The notes under the pieces: generated by a model
Seen by the model: only the letters and a program-made list of their open reading frames with translations
Database searches by the model: none
Told to the model about the DNA's origin: nothing
In this document: positions 55,202 to 64,000 of the stretch, in pieces
Layout: each line of letters begins with the position of its first letter
Numbering within the stretch: position 1 is the stretch's first letter
Assembly: GCA_043811535.1 (NCBI GenBank)
Contig: JBDRNC010000012.1
Span: 1-64,000, forward strand
Direction: 5' to 3'
Source of the DNA: Elusimicrobiota bacterium
GTDB lineage: Bacteria; Elusimicrobiota; Endomicrobiia; Endomicrobiales; JBDRNC01
Length of the DNA stretch: 64,000 nucleotides
Program-made: the position numbers and the translations under genes

Positions 55202-56590
55202 CTAATTGCGGTCTTTAGAATATCTCGATCCCAGTATCCCTATCTTCTTATATATCCCGAAATTTTCAGCGGTCAAAATTGACGCCGGTTTCAGCGTGGA
55301 TTCCCCGAATTTCCTGTTTATCTCGTCAACTGTTTGCGTCAGAGTGCTCTTTCTCTCAAGTTCTTCTAGCAGGAAGTGCTGTCCCGTATCAACCGACAGG
55401 CCGGAGATGCTCACCCCGAGCATGCGCACACCCTGTTTCAACGGAAGGATCTGCTCAAATATCCTGTAAGCGTTGAAATATATGTCATAGCCGGTCTTTA
55501 TACAGTGCTGCAGCCGCCTCTGTTTCGAAAACGTGAAAAAATCCCCGTACCTCACAACCAGGCTCACCGTCCGGCCCGCGAATTTCTTCTCCCTGAGGCG
55601 CCTGCCGGTCTTTTCGGAAAGCATCAGCAGGTAGGACTTTATGATGTCCAAGTTGAGCGTGTCCTTCGGCAGTGTATAGCTGTGCCCCACCGATTTTACC
55701 TCGTCAACCTCGGAATACCTCTTTACGGAGGAATCATCTTTTCCGAGACCGATATTCTTTAAATGGTACCCGAGAAAGCCGAAATACTCCGTCAGCATCG
55801 ATATCGGCGCATCGCCCAGCTCTTTTGCCGTGCATATGCCCATTGATTGGAGTTTTTCCGAAAGTTTCCTGCCTATCCCGACGCCATGGAGCTCCTCCAC
55901 GGGAAAGTTTTCGAAAAATTCAGGTATTTCCGCTTCCGTTATCCTGACAAGGCCGTCGGGTTTCTGGAGTTTGGCCGCGATCTTTGCCATCGTTTTATTG
56001 GGTCCTATGCCTACCGAACACAAAAGCCCCGTCTCTTCCTTTACCCTTTTCTTCACCTTTCTCCCGATGTCTTCGGGCGTCACGCCGTTCCTGCCCGCCA
56101 CGGCGGGCAAGCACAAGTGCGTGACGTCAAGATAACACTCGTCTATGGAAAAGACTTCGACCTGATCGGTGAATTCAAGGAGTATCTTGTGTATCCTCAG
56201 CGACGTGTCCACGTATTTGTCCAGGTCCCCGCACACGACTATGAGTCCCGGGCAAAGCCGCTTCGCTTCCGGAAGCGACATAGCGGTCTTTATGCCGTAT
56301 TTCCTCGCCTCGTAAGACACCGTTGTCACTATCGTGCGGGAAGGGGTGACGACTTTCCTGCCGCCTTCGTCATTTTCCTTACGGAGACCATTAGGAAGTC
56401 TTATCGAATTATGCGACGTCCCCGTAGCGGGACGGAGACCCCTAATGTCCGTAAAATTACACGACGTCCCCGTAGCGGGATAGCCGCGACCGGAAACGGC
56501 GACCGGCTTCCCCCTGAGAGCGGGATTGCAGACCTGTTCTACCGAGGCGAAATAGGCGTTCATGTCGATAAGAATAATTATTTTTTCCAT
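55202..56590 (-). CDS. dinB: DNA polymerase IV with in-frame repeat insertions
   Basis: DMNAYFASVE, SYEARKYG, SIDEC, AKIAAKLQKPDG. Confidence 0.93.
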   Translation of the reverse strand: MEKIIILIDMNAYFASVEQVCNPALRGKPVAVSGRGYPATGTSCNFTDIRGLRPATGTSHNSIRLPNGLRKENDEGGRKVVTPSRTIVTTVSYEARKYGIKTAMSLPEAKRLCPGLIVVCGDLDKYVDTSLRIHKILLEFTDQVEVFSIDECYLDVTHLCLPAVAGRNGVTPEDIGRKVKKRVKEETGLLCSVGIGPNKTMAKIAAKLQKPDGLVRITEAEIPEFFENFPVEELHGVGIGRKLSEKLQSMGICTAKELGDAPISMLTEYFGFLGYHLKNIGLGKDDSSVKRYSEVDEVKSVGHSYTLPKDTLNLDIIKSYLLMLSEKTGRRLREKKFAGRTVSLVVRYGDFFTFSKQRRLQHCIKTGYDIYFNAYRIFEQILPLKQGVRMLGVSISGLSVDTGQHFLLEELERKSTLTQTVDEINRKFGESTLKPASILTAENFGIYKKIGILGSRYSKDRN

Positions 56591-56595
56591 ACCAG

Positions 56596-56663
56596 AATGG
56601 ACAAATGGCCATATGGCTAAATTGTCAAAGACTTTTAGCCATTCAGCCATTTAACAATTTAAC
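56596..56663. repeat. Hairpin with 8-nt periodic arms (AATGGYTA-type)
   Basis: Inverted arrays; related copies at 62685 and 63686. Confidence 0.75.
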
Positions 56664-56910
56664 CGTTAACAGTACTTTTTTCCAATCTCCAGGCGAGGGT
56701 TTTCTGGTTAAGCGATATCTCAAACAGGGTAGCACCGTCCGTGACCGAGAAAAAGATGATATTAGCCTCGCCCTCCCTGTCCTGCCAGGTGAAGGTGGTC
56801 TCCTTTATCTCGTACTTGCGGTTTTTCCACAGGAACCATTTCGGCCTTATCTTGTTCTTGCCGAAAACAGCCCCCACATCGATGGGTTCATTGATGATGG
56901 TTTCTTCCAT
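56659..56910 (-). CDS. Small conserved protein between lexA and dinB (DUF6504-like)
   Basis: PKWFLWKNRKY...FFSVTDG..FEI..WRL. Confidence 0.7.
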   Translation of the reverse strand: MEETIINEPIDVGAVFGKNKIRPKWFLWKNRKYEIKETTFTWQDREGEANIIFFSVTDGATLFEISLNQKTLAWRLEKSTVNG

Positions 56911-56911
56911 G

Positions 56912-57499
56912 TTAGATCTTCCTGGAAAGGTAGACAACTTTGCCGATTATCCGGATATCATTGGAATGTATAGGCCTGTATTTTGGATTAGCGGGTTCAA
57001 GATAAACATCTCTTCCTTTTTTGCGGAGTTTCTTCACGGTAGCTTCGCCGCCGGCCATGGCGACAACTATATCTCCGGAATCGGCGGTCTGCTGATGCCT
57101 GACAACAACTATATCACCCTCCAGTATGCCGGCGCCGGTCATGCTGTCGCCTTTGACCTTAAGCGCGAAACAATCCCCTTTCCCGGCGATATCCCTATCT
57201 ATGTGAACATGTCCCTCTATGTCCTCAATTGGCGGCACGGGGCTGCCCGCGGGCACCCTGCCCAGCACGGGTACTGTGGCATGAGGCGTCCGCGAAGCGA
57301 TATCCAGCCCGCGAGATATCCCGGGGCTGTGCTTGACATACCCTTTGCGCACCAGCGCCGAGATATGTTTCTGAGCAGCCCCTATATTTACGTTGAACCG
57401 CGCGGCTGTTTCGCGCACCGTAGGGGCATGTCCGGAACTAGACAAGTGTTCCTCTATAAAATCCAGGACTTTCTTCTGTCTGTCAGTTATTTTTCTCAT
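56912..57499 (-). CDS. lexA: LexA repressor
   Basis: PTVRE HTH, VPAG cleavage site, GDSM (Ser), TVKK (Lys). Confidence 0.95.
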   Translation of the reverse strand: MRKITDRQKKVLDFIEEHLSSSGHAPTVRETAARFNVNIGAAQKHISALVRKGYVKHSPGISRGLDIASRTPHATVPVLGRVPAGSPVPPIEDIEGHVHIDRDIAGKGDCFALKVKGDSMTGAGILEGDIVVVRHQQTADSGDIVVAMAGGEATVKKLRKKGRDVYLEPANPKYRPIHSNDIRIIGKVVYLSRKI

Positions 57500-58006
57500 A
57501 TTTTCTTTTTTTGAGGTAGATTCAGTGTCAGGTACCTCAATGATATAAATATGTTCTTCATGTTATCGTCATGAATCGTTACTTTTTTCTCCAGTTCGCC
57601 TATCTTCCCGGCAATTTCCCTGTAATTAGGCAGGTATTCCTTCATCTTCACAAAAGCCCGCATGATGTGTATATTCACCTGTATCGCCCGTTCGCTGTTC
57701 AAAATACTGGAAAGCATGGCCACACCATGTTCGGTAAAGACATAAGGCAGTTGAGATGAATATTTCAATACTCTTAAGTGGTCGCATTTTGCGACCACCT
57801 CATTTTTTCTCATCTCCCGACAACTTGAACATAAAATCAGGAGGAAACCTTCTAATATTCCTTTTTACCTGCTCATTCAAACGTTTTGTAGGAACACCGT
57901 ATAGCTCCGCCAAATCCCTGTCCAGCATCACCTTGACACCGCGGACAACCAAAATCTTTAACAGTAATCCTGACGAATCAACAAGCGCAATTGCATTTTT
58001 AGCCAT
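57496..58006 (-). pseudogene. ORF6N-domain DNA-binding protein split by a +1 frameshift
   Basis: VMLDRDLAELYGV..RFPPDFMF in one frame, LPYVFTEHGVAMLSS in another; A6 run at ~57803-57808. Confidence 0.8.
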
Positions 58007-58046
58007 TTTACCTCCCCCATTTTATCCGATTTGGCTAACCACTGAT

Positions 58047-58075
58047 ATTATAGTATACAAATGTATACCTGTCAA
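58047..58075 (-). promoter_or_regulatory. Consensus sigma70 promoter with a palindromic operator (candidate LexA box)
   Basis: TTGACA-N17-TATAAT with GTATAC-ATTT-GTATAC in the spacer. Confidence 0.8.
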
Positions 58076-58254
58076 GTGTCGCTCTGGGCATTTTCTCGAA
58101 GAACGTCCTCGCAGCACTCGGACTCCCGCACGAGACCCTCCCACTAGCCCAAGTTGGGCTCGTGAGGGTCTTCTCGGAAAATACCCCTCGCTTTGCATGA
58201 GAGACAAGGACATCAAGGCACTTTCTCGGAAATATTCCTCACTCGCGACAAAAA

Positions 58255-58285
58255 ATAAAAAAGACCGGCGCTCAACCGCCGGTCT
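58255..58285 (-). terminator. Terminator after DUF72
   Basis: AGACCGGCG...CGCCGGTCT followed by a T run on the minus strand. Confidence 0.7.
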
Positions 58286-58308
58286 ATCCGGTTGACTTAA
58301 ACTAGTCC

Positions 58309-59121
58309 CTAGTCACTAGCCCCTAGCAACTGTCTTAAGGACATCGCGTTTTTTACGGCGGAGCCGGCGTGGCAGTTGTTGAAGAATACGTAGGTTTTAC
58401 CGGAGAGTTTTTCCATCTTCTTTATTTCCGGAAGGAATTCACTGAGCTCTTTGCCGGAATACAGGTAGTCGTACCGCTCGCTCGCGGGAGCGTTGAACCA
58501 GTTCTTGTTGCGGCCGTGGAGCCGCAGGTAGGCGGGTGAAGACGTGACCTCGTTCATGAAAGGCATTAATCTTGGCAATTTAGGCTCATCCACCGCGCAA
58601 TAAGATATGCTATTTGACTTCAGGAATTCAAACGTATCCGGCTTCGCCCATTTTTCATTGCGAAACTCTATCACGAGCGGTATCCCGGAAAACTTCTCTC
58701 TGCATTCAAACATATAATCTTTCGACTGTTCGGCGGGCGTAAAAAACACGGGGAACTGAAGCAGCACCGCGCCGAGTTTCCCCTTATCTTTCAGGGGCTG
58801 AAGCGAATATATGAACTTATCCATGTTCTGACGCGCCAGATCGAAGGACGGCTTCCTATCTCCAAGGCGCGAGTCAAACGGATCATGCGTTATGCCCCTG
58901 TATCCCTTGACGACGAATTCAAAACCGGGCCCTGTTTTTTTCTCCATGCCCTCAAAGGATTTGGCGGAAACAAGCGTATAGTAGGTGGAATTTATCTCCA
59001 CGCAGTCAAACCCGAATTCCCGCTGGTAATATTCAAGAGCCTCTTTCGGCTGAAGATTTTCGGGATAGGCCGTCCCGCGCCAGTCCGCGAATGAAAATCC
59101 GGATGTGCCGATCCTTATCAT
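58309..59121 (-). CDS. DUF72 domain protein
   Basis: IGTSGF, VEINSTYY, LLQFP, IEFRN, YLRLHGRN, VFFNN. Confidence 0.92.
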   Translation of the reverse strand: MIRIGTSGFSFADWRGTAYPENLQPKEALEYYQREFGFDCVEINSTYYTLVSAKSFEGMEKKTGPGFEFVVKGYRGITHDPFDSRLGDRKPSFDLARQNMDKFIYSLQPLKDKGKLGAVLLQFPVFFTPAEQSKDYMFECREKFSGIPLVIEFRNEKWAKPDTFEFLKSNSISYCAVDEPKLPRLMPFMNEVTSSPAYLRLHGRNKNWFNAPASERYDYLYSGKELSEFLPEIKKMEKLSGKTYVFFNNCHAGSAVKNAMSLRQLLGASD

Positions 59122-59504
59122 CCCACCCTCTTTAGAAGATACACAACCGCGGCCGCCACCGCAAATATAACAACCGCCCAGACAACCACTATTGATATAA
59201 TGAAAAACATTTTAATTTTTCCAAGCTTGATAACCGCCTCTTCGGACCTGGCCCTGTGGTCTTTCAATACTTCCGGAGGTATCAGCCTGAAAGCCATGTA
59301 TATTCCCAGGGGAATGATTATTATATCGTCAAGATGCCCTATTACGGGTATAAAATCCGGTATCAGGTCCACCGGGCTGACTGCGTACAGCACTACCAGC
59401 ACGGCGATCAGCCTCGCGTACCACGGCGTCCTCTTGTCGCGGAACGCGTGATACAGCAGAAAAACATCCGATTTCAGGTTCCTGGCAGTTTTTTTAAGAT
59501 TCAT
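59118..59504 (-). CDS. DUF1232 / YkvA membrane protein
   Basis: YAVSPVDLIPDFIPVIGHLDD. Confidence 0.92.
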   Translation of the reverse strand: MNLKKTARNLKSDVFLLYHAFRDKRTPWYARLIAVLVVLYAVSPVDLIPDFIPVIGHLDDIIIIPLGIYMAFRLIPPEVLKDHRARSEEAVIKLGKIKMFFIISIVVVWAVVIFAVAAAVVYLLKRVG

Positions 59505-59643
59505 AATAGTTCATGTAGACTGGCACTTAAGTGCCAGTCTACTGGCGTATACGGGTTGGTTCCGGCGGACGTAGGCGGGCAAACAAAAAAACACACCAAC
59601 GGAAACATCCGTGATGTGTTCGCTTGGTGAATAGGATTCATCC

Positions 59644-60537
59644 CTACAAGACCTGGCGGCGGAGCTTGTCCTTGAGCGAAACGTTTTCGTAGGCAAGTAT
59701 TTCCTTCAAATAATATATCTGCCTTGATATCGCTTCCGTGTACAAGTCCTGACTGATCTTGTACCTTGCTTTGAAATGCGGCAATGTAAATTTGTGCACG
59801 TCTTTCAAGGTTTTCTTCAGCCGTATCTTGGTGCTTTCATAAAAAACGATCGTTTTTTTCAGAAGGTCGATTTCCGATTTATAGCCCTGCACGTGGCCCT
59901 CTTTGAATTCCCTGTAAAGGTACAGCAGCCTCTCAAGATAGGTGCGCGAAGCCATCTGTCCGAGTATGTCCGCGGTACCCAGCATGTAGCCGAGGATCTC
60001 TTCAGTTTTATCCTGGAATTTCAATTCTTTCAGGTTTACCGAAAGCCCCGTGCAGTGCACCATATTCATCGCTGTTATGAAGTCCTTGCGCGTAAAACCA
60101 TGCGACTTGAAGTATCTCTGAATAAATTCTATGCTTCTTTCGACGTGATTCAGGGTGTATTTCGCGCCGGTCCCTTCCCTGTCCGTTATTTTCTGGATGT
60201 ATCCGGTATCGTGGAATATGGTAGCTATAAGCGCGACTTTGACTTTTTGTGTCGTGAACTTGTTCCTGTTCGTCAGGTTGTATCCGTCGATAAGGCGCGA
60301 TATCGCGAGAAGGGCGTCGGTGGTATGTATCTTGTCGTGGTATTTCGTGTTACAGGCTCTGTATCCCGGGAATTTCCCTTCAAAAAGAAGGTTAAAATCG
60401 TAAAAGGCCTTTCTGACGGGCTCGAAATCCCTGAAAGTATAGAACTGGATAAAATTGTATTTTACTTCTTCAAAAACCGCTGTCGTGCTGTCGGTATTAA
60501 CCAAATGCGCGATTTGAATCCCCATCTTTTTTTTCAT
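59644..60537 (-). CDS. HD-domain phosphohydrolase
   Basis: YHDKIHT, FHDTGY, HVERS, TADILGQ. Confidence 0.85.
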   Translation of the reverse strand: MKKKMGIQIAHLVNTDSTTAVFEEVKYNFIQFYTFRDFEPVRKAFYDFNLLFEGKFPGYRACNTKYHDKIHTTDALLAISRLIDGYNLTNRNKFTTQKVKVALIATIFHDTGYIQKITDREGTGAKYTLNHVERSIEFIQRYFKSHGFTRKDFITAMNMVHCTGLSVNLKELKFQDKTEEILGYMLGTADILGQMASRTYLERLLYLYREFKEGHVQGYKSEIDLLKKTIVFYESTKIRLKKTLKDVHKFTLPHFKARYKISQDLYTEAISRQIYYLKEILAYENVSLKDKLRRQVL

Positions 60538-60618
60538 TTTGCTTCCCCGTTTATCAAATTATGACTTAGAGGCGTGTTAATATTATAATTAATAAATCAA
60601 CAATTTTCAAGAAATAAA

Positions 60619-62667
60619 TTATTTAATATCGTTTACGAAATAATCCGTGACGGCGATAGCAGACCTGTAATAACGCACCCGCTTTTTCATCTGCGCCGTC
60701 TCCTGCGCAGGTATTATCATCCTTTGGGCCGTTTTATCCCACCCGTAATACGCCACGATGTCTTTTGCCAGCGAGCAGCTCGCGGCGCCTTCCTTTGAAA
60801 AGATATATCCTTCGGAAATAAAGGACTCGTGATTCGCTTTAGGGTCGAAGAGGTCAACTCCCACCGAGACATATTCGCTTTTTGAAAGGGCAAGATTGAA
60901 CAGCGTAGGCATTATATCTATGTGCGAGCCGAATACGGACGTGTCGGCGCGCGCGGGTTTCAGCGCGCCGGGCGCATAGACGTAGAAAGGCACGGAAAAC
61001 CTGTCAAAAAGCCGTTCCGTTCCATAGTCAAAAACATCCCAGAAATTATGGTCTCCCGTGACCGCGATTATTGTGTTTTTTCCGAACTCGGATTTCTTTA
61101 TCTTCGTTATCAGCTCGCCGAGTTTCTGATTGGCGTACTGGTAGGTGGCAAACCTTTTCATGGCAAGCTTCCTGTCGCCCGTTATGCGACGCTCAAGCTC
61201 TTGTGCGGCCTTGAGCGGAAGGACCTTATAATCCCTGGGAACCGAATAGGGTGGATGATTGCCCGTGGACATCGCCATAATAAATTTCGGTTTTCCGTTT
61301 TTTCTTGATAATTGTTCATAGATGTAATCGAATAAATATTCGTCGTAGACGCCCCATTCGTTCTTGAGCGCTTCTTTAGACATCGCGCCTTCTCCGGCAA
61401 CAGTTTCAAAACCCTGCACAGGGAGGAACATTATCAGGTTGCGCCAGCCCAGGTTGCCGCCGTATACAAAAACCGTCGAATAACCAGCTTTATTGAACGG
61501 GAGCGCGGCGCTCGACGGGAATGCCTTGAAGGCGTATCTTGACTGGCTGATGAATTTCGACTGCGGCCTTTTCGGTATGTTGAGAAATATGGATTCCAGG
61601 CTCCCTATCGTGCCGATATCGGCGGGAAGGAAGTTGTAGAAGACATAATCAGAGTCAAAATGCTTCTTGAGCTCGCCGAGAACATTGAAATCAGGCCCGT
61701 TGTAGCTCAAAAGATCGGCGCCGAATCCTTCCATGACAATAAGTATAACGTTGGGCCTTATTCTTTCGGCGGCCTCGTTGCGAGCGGTCGTTTTCCTGAG
61801 ATTGGACGATAGGTCATTTTTGTTTACGCCTTTCCCGAGAAAATCGGCGAATGCCTGCTCTGGGCGCCCTTCATAACCCGCCATCTTCACAAGGTCGAGA
61901 TTTCCCTTTGACTCCGCCCATCTTGCCTCAACCGCTTCTCCGAGCGTAAAGAAACCGTTCAGTGACAGCTTGTTTATGAATGCATTCGGGGATATCGCGG
62001 CATCCATCGTTCCGAGCGGGAACATTTTCAGCGATCCCCGCGCGGCAAGGCCGTTGCAGACAAACAACGCGCAAGCGAAAGCCGCCTTGAACCAGCCGGG
62101 GCGCTTCCTGTGCTGTATAGCGTCGGTTTTTCTTTTCCTTATTGAACTTCCGAATCTCCTGCAAATCACAAAGATAAGGTATTCCGTGCCAGCAATAATA
62201 ACGCAGGCAACGGGGAACGCGCCGTTTTTTGCGATCGTCTTCAAAAGAGCGAACGTATCGTCTTCAATAACTCCGAATATGATGATATTGATATGGTTTT
62301 TAAAGTATGAGTAGAATCCGAAATCAACGAAAAGAATAAAGAACACGAAGGAATACATTATAAAATAATACAACCTGAGCCCGTTTATCCACTTCATGAA
62401 GATTTTTCTGCTGTCCAACGCCCAGACCGCGAAAAGCGACAACGTAACAAATATATTCAAGTAAGCCACTATCACCAGGTCATATCTGGCTCCGAGCACA
62501 AACGCTTTAATGACATATCCGTATAAACCTTTTAACTCAACCGGATTCGAGAAATAAAAATAAAACACCACCCTTAACGCGGTCATTAAAATCAGAAAAA
62601 TGCCATTGAGGACCAGCGCCTTCTTCACGGTTTCAAGTATTTGATTGAAATTCAGTCTTTCGTGCAT
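60619..62667 (-). CDS. LTA synthase / sulfatase family membrane protein
   Basis: Five N-terminal TMs, PNVILIVMEG, NHPPY, TGDH, SHIDIMPT. Confidence 0.9.
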   Translation of the reverse strand: MHERLNFNQILETVKKALVLNGIFLILMTALRVVFYFYFSNPVELKGLYGYVIKAFVLGARYDLVIVAYLNIFVTLSLFAVWALDSRKIFMKWINGLRLYYFIMYSFVFFILFVDFGFYSYFKNHINIIIFGVIEDDTFALLKTIAKNGAFPVACVIIAGTEYLIFVICRRFGSSIRKRKTDAIQHRKRPGWFKAAFACALFVCNGLAARGSLKMFPLGTMDAAISPNAFINKLSLNGFFTLGEAVEARWAESKGNLDLVKMAGYEGRPEQAFADFLGKGVNKNDLSSNLRKTTARNEAAERIRPNVILIVMEGFGADLLSYNGPDFNVLGELKKHFDSDYVFYNFLPADIGTIGSLESIFLNIPKRPQSKFISQSRYAFKAFPSSAALPFNKAGYSTVFVYGGNLGWRNLIMFLPVQGFETVAGEGAMSKEALKNEWGVYDEYLFDYIYEQLSRKNGKPKFIMAMSTGNHPPYSVPRDYKVLPLKAAQELERRITGDRKLAMKRFATYQYANQKLGELITKIKKSEFGKNTIIAVTGDHNFWDVFDYGTERLFDRFSVPFYVYAPGALKPARADTSVFGSHIDIMPTLFNLALSKSEYVSVGVDLFDPKANHESFISEGYIFSKEGAASCSLAKDIVAYYGWDKTAQRMIIPAQETAQMKKRVRYYRSAIAVTDYFVNDIK

Positions 62668-62684
62668 AAATGTTTAATGACATC

Positions 62685-62758
62685 AATTGCCCAATGGCTA
62701 AACGGCTAAATGGTTAAAAAGTCTTAAGCCATTTAGCAATTTAACAATTTAGCCATTT
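62685..62758. repeat. Hairpin with 8-nt periodic arms
   Basis: aatggcta aacggcta aatggtta ... gccattta gcaattta acaattta gccattt. Confidence 0.75.
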
Positions 62759-63009
62759 GTATTTCTTCTATTTCTATAATAAATGATAATATCCGCCAAA
62801 ACCATGAACCCGTTCATGACATACAGGTAAATTACATTGTCCCGGCTGTAAAACAGCTTATGAACGAAACCCGAAGCGTATCCTGCAAGTAATATATAGA
62901 GGAATATCACGCTTTTGCCCGCGTTCTTGCGTGATTTGTAGGATTTATATATCGAGAAAGGCCATGCCGCGCCGAAGCATAACAGCATTACTGCTTCAAA
63001 GATGCTCAT
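62749..63009 (-). CDS. Small 3-TM protein (PQ-loop/SemiSWEET-like)
   Basis: FEAVMLLCFGAAWP..KS...GKS. Confidence 0.7.
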   Translation of the reverse strand: MSIFEAVMLLCFGAAWPFSIYKSYKSRKNAGKSVIFLYILLAGYASGFVHKLFYSRDNVIYLYVMNGFMVLADIIIYYRNRRNTNG

Positions 63010-63048
63010 AGATAGTGAATAGAGAATAGGAACAACATGACTACTTTC

Positions 63049-63603
63049 TCAATGGTCCTTCAATCTATTTATCAATTTATCTACCGTGGCATGGAGTTTC
63101 CTAAGGTTGCTAGTAGAGTTATTCAATTTCAGGTCGGCCATTTTTTTACAGAGGCCCAGTTGCTGGCCAGCGCCTTTTGTCTGGGATTCTTTTCTCTCAA
63201 GGGCCAAAAATTCCTTATACGTCCCCGGATCATTCTCTCTTTTTCTGGCAAGCATCCTCATAAACCTGATCTTAGCCGGCGCGTCGACGAAAATAAACCT
63301 GAAATCACCGTTTTTCCTGAGCGCTTTTACCTCATCGGAGTGCCTGATCGAAGTGACCACAAAGTTTTTCCCTTTTTTAAGCTTCCTGAGCACCCTTTCC
63401 GCCAGCACAGCATAGCCGTATTTCGTCCTGAGCGCTATTCCTGTTTTTACAAGGTTATCGCGCGTAACAGCCTTCCCGCGCCTTCTTATATCATCCCTTA
63501 TGACATCCGAAAGGGAATGATGTATGAAATTCTTTTCTTTTTGCAGATATTCCGCTACCGTATCCTTCCCGGAACAGAATGAACCCGTAAGCCCGATTAT
63601 CAT
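63049..63603 (-). CDS. P-loop nucleotide kinase (dephospho-CoA/NMP kinase-like)
   Basis: IIGLTGSFCSGKDTVA, SIRH..EV, R..DP. Confidence 0.8.
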   Translation of the reverse strand: MIIGLTGSFCSGKDTVAEYLQKEKNFIHHSLSDVIRDDIRRRGKAVTRDNLVKTGIALRTKYGYAVLAERVLRKLKKGKNFVVTSIRHSDEVKALRKNGDFRFIFVDAPAKIRFMRMLARKRENDPGTYKEFLALERKESQTKGAGQQLGLCKKMADLKLNNSTSNLRKLHATVDKLINRLKDH

Positions 63604-63685
63604 AAAATCCTTTCAAAAACTGTCTATTTTACAATGTATTTTACTTTTTTATTCTTGATAAAACAATAGCAGGATAAACAACGGC

Positions 63686-63755
63686 AATGGTTAAATGGCT
63701 GAACGGCTAAATGGTTTAATGTTTTAGCCATTCATCAATTTAGCCATTTGGCAAT
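63686..63755. repeat. Hairpin with 8-nt periodic arms
   Basis: aatggtta aatggctg aacggcta aatggttt ... tagccatt catcaatt tagccatt. Confidence 0.75.
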
Positions 63756-63817
63756 ATAAAAACAAACCCCTTCTGATTTGAGCCAGAAAGGGGACATTGA
63801 AATAGACTGCGGTAATA

Positions 63818-64000
63818 CTATTTTTGCATAGATATCTCTATTTCCGCTGGTAATCTATCAATCGTGATTTCGCCGTTTTTTACAGGAGCCGTTTTTCTAC
63901 CGCTTTTTGCTTCAACAGCCCTCTTCAGCGCCGGAAGCTTGAGTTTCATGCCGTCCGGGCATTTAATATCCCCCCACGCCTTGAATTTTACTGTGTTGCC
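63818..64000 (-). CDS. 3' end of an unidentified gene running off the window
   Basis: Open frame ...GNTVKFKAWGDIKCPDG...EIEISMQK* from the window edge. Confidence 0.5.
   Translation of the reverse strand, partial: GNTVKFKAWGDIKCPDGMKLKLPALKRAVEAKSGRKTAPVKNGEITIDRLPAEIEISMQK

Noticed and set aside
55847..60564. Long plus-strand ORFs (55847-56620, 56741-57514, 59776-60564)
   Set aside because: Antisense shadows of dinB, lexA and the HD gene with no recognisable motifs

Overview
The window has two parts. Bases 1 to about 52,290 form a large composite accessory island that probably continues past the left edge. It ends on the right at a tRNA-Lys(CTT) gene broken just after its anticodon loop. 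From left to right it contains: a probable group II intron 5' end; a defence cluster (pRiA4b ORF-3-like, DUF2130, small ORF, PHP-ATPase of Ppl type, type I R-M hsdRMS); two paralogous unknown genes bracketed by a repeated structured motif; an integrase and excisionase; an unusual run of three tyrosine-recombinase-like genes, two of them over 800 aa; an orphan AbiEi-like gene; a type II secretion cluster (gspEFGHIJK-L-M-C-D); and an operon of secreted proteins including a 3429-aa giant. Bases ~52,500-64,000 look like core chromosome (ogg, flavin reductase, ldh, four-helix bundle, dinB-small ORF-lexA, DUF72, DUF1232, HD protein, LTA synthase-like, kinase), with many short palindromic and 7-8-nt periodic repeats. 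All calls come from motif recognition by eye; no database searches were run.
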